DNA from: Eledone cirrhosa | Taxonomy: Eukaryota | NCBI GenBank assembly: GCA_964016885.1 | Contig: OZ024751.1 | Coordinates: 33,294,001-33,358,000 of the forward strand | Reading direction: 5' to 3' | Length of the DNA stretch: 64,000 bases | Part shown: positions 60,401 through 64,000 of the stretch, piece after piece | Numbering within the stretch: position 1 is the first letter of the stretch | Layout: each line of letters starts with the position of its first letter | Translations under genes and position numbers: made by a program | The notes under the pieces: model-generated | The model's database searches: none | Told to the model about the DNA's origin: nothing | Seen by the model: only the letters and a program-made list of their open reading frames with translations

Positions 60401-60483
60401 CATCTATATTAAAACTTTTATACTCTGCAATGTATTGAGTACCTTACTTACTGTGGTTACCTCCGATTCAACCCAGAATAACG

Positions 60484-60517
<34 letters not shown>

Positions 60518-60599
60518 CCTGCGAGCAAGAAGGTGAAACTCACCCATCGCCGCCTTTAAGTGCACCTGGGGATTGTACAATTTATTTTTCTATATGATG

Positions 60600-60890
60600 A
60601 TCAAGCTCAAGACACAAGGGGCCAGGTCATGTGTTATCTCTATTTCAGATCTGTCGTCTTTGGTCAGTGTGGATCCTAGGTAATTGAAGGTGTCCACTTC
60701 TTCAAGTCTTCCTCCGTTCAGCAGGATGTTAGTTGCTGTATTCTGATTACAACTATTAACCATAATCTTTCTCTTTTCTGAGCTGATCTCCTGGTACTTT
60801 ATCAAGTCTGGCGGTGAACTCCTGGAGATCTGTTTCACTAATTCCTAACATACCAATATCATCAGCGAACCAAAGGCTGGAAATGGGCTC
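60600..60890 (-). pseudogene. Degraded RTE-like LINE reverse transcriptase fragment
   Basis: PISSLWFADDI, then KIMVNS...ILLNGGRLEEVDTFNYLGSTLTKD.RSEIEI, typical of the C-terminal part of an APE-type non-LTR RT; frameshifted. Confidence 0.75.
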
Positions 60891-62149
60891 TCCTTCTATA
60901 TATATATATATTCATAAACACCCACACACGAGTGTATATATACATATACATACATATATACATACATAAGTAGACAATATTCAATTCTATTTTGACATCA
61001 CTATGAGGTAAAAAGAATTCACTCGTAGTTAGTAATCATTCATAAAACATAACTATTTTACTTTAATACAAACTACTGATGCTACCAACTAACACAAACA
61101 ATATATCACCAGCGACATTTGTGAACCTTTCACATATATAACTACTGGTGTGGTGAGCTCAGCCAATATTAATTACCTCTAACTTGTTGATTCACTAATT
61201 ATATTTCTATATATTACTTCAAGAAATATGTCGGTTGTTTTTTTTAAATTAATATCATAGTTTGTTCTCGTTTATTTTTCATCTTGTTTCTAATAACGAT
61301 TACAGAATCTTTCTCAGTTTCTTATACTTTACTTATATTATTGTCAGGCTATGTTGCTTAATTATCAACGTTAGTAATTTGATGGGAGGACTGTGTCCGA
61401 GAGACAGGTTTAAGTAGTTTGCTAAACCAATCTTTAATGACGTATTTATTCTTGAACAAAGTCATTTGAAATTTCCTTACGCTTCTTAATAGCATGGGGG
61501 AAAACATTAAGAATTTAAAGGTTTTCTTCTGGTTTGATTCAGGGATTTTTAACTAAGCAATACTAACCGTTAAATATAGTATGTATTGAAAGTTTGATTG
61601 AATCTTGTCCATACACATGACACGTAATCCTTTCTGTCTTAACGTGTAATTGTAAATAATCATTGATTTTAAGCTGCAGCTTCAATTTAATCGTTCAGTG
61701 CTGAATGGATCATTTCCCAATAAACAGAACTGGATGTTTCGATAATAACCAGTTCATTGTTTGATAGATTAATGATAAATGGAAATGGAACTGTGGAGAA
61801 GGGATCAGAGAAGAATAGATACAATGAATAGATTGGTTTTGAATTGCTTAGTTTCAAATGTTGAGTGGATCAGTGGTAAATGGTGTAGATGGCTAAAGAG
61901 ATGAACAGGTCAAAATTGACTGGCTCAATAGTCCATAATGTAGTGTTGATTAGGAGGAATCAAAGTATGATGGGTACACACACTCGCTCACACACACTCA
62001 CACACTCGCACAAGCATACACATGCGGGAGCATCATTTCTTCAGACTTCAGTCGAATGAATCAAGATGAAATAGTAGAGGAACCCCGGCTACTGAACTCG
62101 AAATAATTTATCGAAATACAAGGTTTTTGTATTTGTTTAGGAAGATACT

Positions 62150-62320
62150 TGATGTGAAATCGTGTGCTGAAACAGATATTGTTATATTTTGAGGCTAGTC
62201 ATTTTGTCAATAAAAGCACACGCACTAATCTATTTTCACTTCAGCTTTATTATTAGTTATTTCATCAAATCTCTTTCGTCACACATTCTGTGACCTTCTC
62301 AATGACATTTGTTCTTCTTC
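62150..62320 (-). mobile_element. Diverged solo copy of the 26.5-27.1 kb hammerhead element family
   Basis: gaaatcgtgtgctgaaacagatattgttatatttt...caataaaagcacacgc...tttcacttca...ctttcgtcacacattctgtgacc aligns by eye to the reverse complement of 26866-27080. The core has decayed to uugagaa. Confidence 0.7.
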
Positions 62321-62497
62321 TCTCTCCCTCCTCTTCTTTTGGGCCTTAATTCTGAATAGCAATATGAATTAAACGGGGTAAGATCAAAAATATAGCCATT
62401 ACACTAATGCGGCCTGACCGACCTTCCTCGTTAGAAGACTTACCCCTTGACTAGAACTGTAAAAAAGGTTCGATAAGTTTACGAAGAAATTGATCAA

Positions 62498-62615
62498 TTA
62501 TGAAGGTTGAAAGGCAAAGCTAACTTCGGCGGGATTTGAACTCTAAACCTAAAAGGATGTAACTTTATGCCGCAAAGCATACTGTCTGACTCTCTACCTT
62601 TACTGCTAACCTACC
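62498..62615 (-). mobile_element. SINE-like repeat copy (partial)
   Basis: tgaaaggcaaagctaacttcggcgggatttgaactct...aaagcatactgtctgactctctacc matches 59320-59410. Confidence 0.7.
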
Positions 62616-63855
62616 ACCCTGTCTTTTCTAGAAAACTTTAAATTAATCGATATTTATATGCAAAATATTATTAAAACATACGCAAAATAAATTGTGATTA
62701 CTAAGGTCAAAATACCAATTCACATGACTAAAATATTTGGCGACTAAAACTTTCGGAAACACTTTTATTCCTCTTTAGTGAGAATATTGTAGTAGAATAA
62801 TAAATAAATGAGAGTTAGTGTTAATTTTTGTCTAATTAATAACGTCAGGTGTGAATAATATTCGCTTCACGTAGACATGTTCGTATGAAATATTTAATTA
62901 GTTTCCTAATTAACCCGTATAAATAATCGTTATTTTTGTTGTCGTAAAAAATTTTAATTAATTTTCGTAAAGTTGTAGTGTGAAGTGCTCTGCACATATT
63001 TGAATATCTTAATATAATTAAAGTAATATGAAGTAGTAACAGCAACTGCAACCAACATATTCAAAGATTGACCTCGATTTACGAAAGTTTAACGATAAAA
63101 AATAAAAAAATCGAACAAGACTAATCCAATGTAAGTGTATACATACTGTGCTGTATTCTACTGACCGAGCACAATTAATTTTAGAATTAATATAGAAAAT
63201 ATATTGGTGTTGGGGTTATGCTGTAAGGCATAGAAAAAGTTTTTGATTGTACAATTTTTTCTTTAAAAAAATAACAGTTACAGACACCTATTATGATTCA
63301 AATTTCTATGGTACATTCCGTATAATCTTTTCTCCAACTTTGTTCAATAAGACGTTGTTCCATTAGATGAAAAGATATAAAAAGAACGTTGACTACCTTT
63401 GTTAAAAATAATGTTTCTCAGTAGAAAGTTGAAAAATATGCACATACATTGAGAAAGTGAATAACGTGATAAAAGATCATAAAGATAAGCTGGGAATATA
63501 AAAATGGAAACGACTCTGTGGAGTTATATTTCATAAAGGTGAGACTATATCTATATACACTATATCTATATCTTAATCTGTATACATATATATGTGTGTG
63601 TGTGTGTGTGTATGTGTGTACATACACTATATATATGTGTATGTGTATACATACACTATATATATATATATATATATATATAACTTACATAAATTACTTC
63701 TTTCATTCGGTCATTCGGAACGAAACTGAATGAATTATGTTTTAGTGAGTTTTAGTACCGGGTGACTATATTAGATAGAATACTCATACTCCACACCCGG
63801 TATTGAATACTCTTTCTTATACTCCTTATCATTACCGTCTCTCTCTCTCTCTCAA

Positions 63856-63911
<56 letters not shown>

Positions 63912-64000
63912 TCTCAAACCCCATCCACTTTCAGAATTCACGATACCATGGTCATTCATGATGGTCTTGACCATGCTTTTGGAAAAACTGTTAACCATCT

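Larger units (their letters stand above)
59693..60484. mobile_element. Non-coding fold-back element (~347-bp inverted arms) with hammerhead in each arm
   Basis: Arms 59693-60039 and 60069-60416 are near-perfect reverse complements with a ~29-bp spacer. A one-sided tail runs 60417-60484. (TA)n lies on both sides. Confidence 0.82.

Noticed and set aside
63745-63812. Small inverted repeat gtaccgggtg/cacccggtat with gtattgaatac
   Set aside because: Too short and degenerate to assign to the fold-back family; no HHR core nearby.

Overview
AT-rich eukaryotic DNA saturated with microsatellites, with one 200-N gap (27805-28004). The repeat content suggests an octopus/cephalopod genome; this is inference from the SINE-like repeats and the (TA)n/(CA)n load. 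No host gene is supportable, and almost all ORF-track entries are simple-repeat artefacts. The only convincing intact ORF (35097-37538, minus) is a Penelope-like retroelement (PLE) polyprotein with RT plus C-terminal GIY-YIG endonuclease and Naiad-type Cys motifs. It sits in a partial-tandem element with ~2.2 kb direct repeats, each carrying a hammerhead-ribozyme (HHR)-like motif. A second, 5'-truncated and frameshifted PLE of the same type lies at ~23.1-26.1 kb. The window also holds at least five short non-coding fold-back elements inserted in (TA)n tracts. Most carry minimal or partial type I HHR motifs, and several share a TTGAGTAC-like 3' motif with the coding PLEs, suggesting an autonomous/non-autonomous ribozyme-bearing retroelement system that targets microsatellites. 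The rest comprises SINE copies, degraded RTE- and R4/Dong-like LINE fragments, tiny Tc1/mariner-type MITEs and five minisatellite arrays.
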